A stretch of 32,000 nucleotides of DNA from Bigelowiella natans nucleomorph. Taxonomy: Eukaryota > Protista > Cercozoa. Position 1 is the stretch's first letter. Each line of letters begins with the position of its first letter. The notes beneath the pieces are model-generated. The model did not search any database and was not told where the DNA came from. It worked only from the letters and a program-made list of their open reading frames with translations. Location: contig DQ158856.1 of the NCBI GenBank assembly GCA_000002455.1, positions 108,591 through 140,590 of the forward strand, written 5' to 3'. Below are positions 30,665 to 32,000 of this stretch, one piece after another. The position numbers and the translations under genes were made by a program.

Positions 30665-31775
30665 TCAAGTCGCATCTCCGCAAAGCGGAAACTATTCGAG
30701 AGGCGCCGTACCGGCGCCTCTCTGGTACATCATCCGATGATGCAACCCGTAGAAAAAGATAATTCTACAGGATCAATATTCAAGCATGATCCATGCTCCC
30801 TCTCGAACCAAAGCCCGCATCGCGAAAACTCTCTTAGACCTCTTTGTAAACGCTGCCTCTGAGACTCGAAACGTGACCTAGTTAGAGAGTAGGAAACCAT
30901 TGTTTTGATTTGTTTAGTTGGGGTTTCTCCTGGGAACGCATACCACTGGACGACAAGCTCGCCAAACCGAAACTCTTCTCAGCGGGAAATAGCTCACGTA
31001 TATAACAAAAAGCTTGAGTGTGGGCTAACCGTTCTTAGATGGTGACAACCCTCAAGTTGTTGATGTGGGGCTTCCACAACGTAAGAAGAGAATCTGGGGA
31101 GACAAAACTCCAGTGTGTGCTTCCCTGTGCGGATACACAGCTTTGGACGTATTCGATCAGCCGAAGACCTTTCTAATTGAAGGTCTACTAAACGTATACC
31201 TGCCAAAACCATATCGCGCGTGTTAGTTATAATTGAGTCAAAATACTCTCGCTGTAGTATTTATAGGTCGTTGAACGTGTATTATCCTACAGGACTTCGT
31301 TCAGTATCTTACAGGGATGCCGCTAGGCGCATCCACGAACCGGTTGCGGTGTTTCGGTTCTTATCCGTGAATGTTTCCGGATGTCTAATTAAGCAACAAG
31401 AGTATCAATTGAGCGTGGAACGCTACACAGGCCCTAATCTAAGGGCTAGTATAAGGTCTGGAAGCGTCCGAATTCCAAGGTATGGGCAGGAACACCGCAT
31501 CATGGGCGAGTTTCTACCAAAAACCAGAATACCGCGCTGCATACGCCGCGTACAACCAGAAGGAACTAACTCCATGCCAAATGCTCACACAAAGAGACTA
31601 ACGAACATGTTAGTGTTATGCGTGCAAACCCAAACTGACGAGTTAGAAACTATCTGCATTAAAGGTAGACAAAATATAAAAGGATGCAGATTCTACAAGG
31701 TTTAAAATTTTAATTATGTCAAGTTTAAATATTTAAAAACTAGTAACAGAGCGGCGCAAACAAACCACCACACGC
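30665..31775. other. 5' ETS / rDNA promoter region and subtelomeric spacer
   Basis: Lies upstream of 18S on the minus strand. Contains strong hairpins (GAGAGGCGCC-GTACC-GGCGCCTCTC at 30698-30722). The transcription start cannot be identified. Confidence 0.6.
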
Positions 31776-32000
31776 AGGGTCTAGGGTCTAGGGTCTAGGG
31801 TCTAGGGTCTAGGGTCTAGGGTCTAGGGTCTAGGGTCTAGGGTCTAGGGTCTAGGGTCTAGGGTCTAGGGTCTAGGGTCTAGGGTCTAGGGTCTAGGGTC
31901 TAGGGTCTAGGGTCTAGGGTCTAGGGTCTAGGGTCTAGGGTCTAGGGTCTAGGGTCTAGGGTCTAGGGTCTAGGGTCTAGGGTCTAGGGTCTAGGGTCTA
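31776..32000 (+). repeat. Telomere (TCTAGGG)n, about 32 units
   Basis: Perfect 7-nt tandem repeat running to the end of the window. This is the known chlorarachniophyte nucleomorph telomere unit. Confidence 0.99.

Noticed and set aside
30920-30990. 5S rRNA-like words (CTCCTGGGAA, CATACCA)
   Set aside because: They are in the wrong order and no 5S fold is apparent; no 5S gene was found in the window.
30665-31775. Possible telomerase RNA near the telomere
   Set aside because: No template of more than one repeat unit (e.g. CUAGACCCUA) was seen on either strand outside the telomere.
31776-32000. CRISPR-like or satellite array
   Set aside because: It is a spacerless 7-nt terminal repeat, i.e. 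a telomere.

Overview
This is the right-hand end of a chlorarachniophyte nucleomorph chromosome, most consistent with Bigelowiella natans. The evidence is (TCTAGGG)n telomeric repeats, a subtelomeric rDNA unit plus dnaK fragment, and many 18-21 nt GT-AG introns. Bases 1 to ~23400 are very AT-rich and densely packed with divergent eukaryotic housekeeping genes: the 3' part of rpb1, a YGGT/YlmG-like gene, an eIF4A-family helicase, PCNA, rpl14, an rps17-like gene, a DEAH helicase, rpc1, rps3, tRNA-Thr(AGU), dib1, rps9, rpl4, a degenerate Cdc48-like AAA protein, spb1 and several unidentified ORFs. Bases ~23400-32000 are GC-richer: a 5'-truncated dnaK piece, 28S/5.8S/18S rRNA on the minus strand (transcribed away from the telomere), a spacer and the telomere. 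The most interesting observations are a spliced YGGT/YlmG-like, possibly plastid-targeted gene, a U1-like structured RNA candidate in the subtelomeric region, an ITS1 segment complementary to 18S helix 45, an identical 20-mer in two 28S variable regions, RPB1 without CTD heptads, and RPC1 apparently lacking the trigger-loop GVPR motif. All calls come from manual reading and recalled family motifs; no searches were run.
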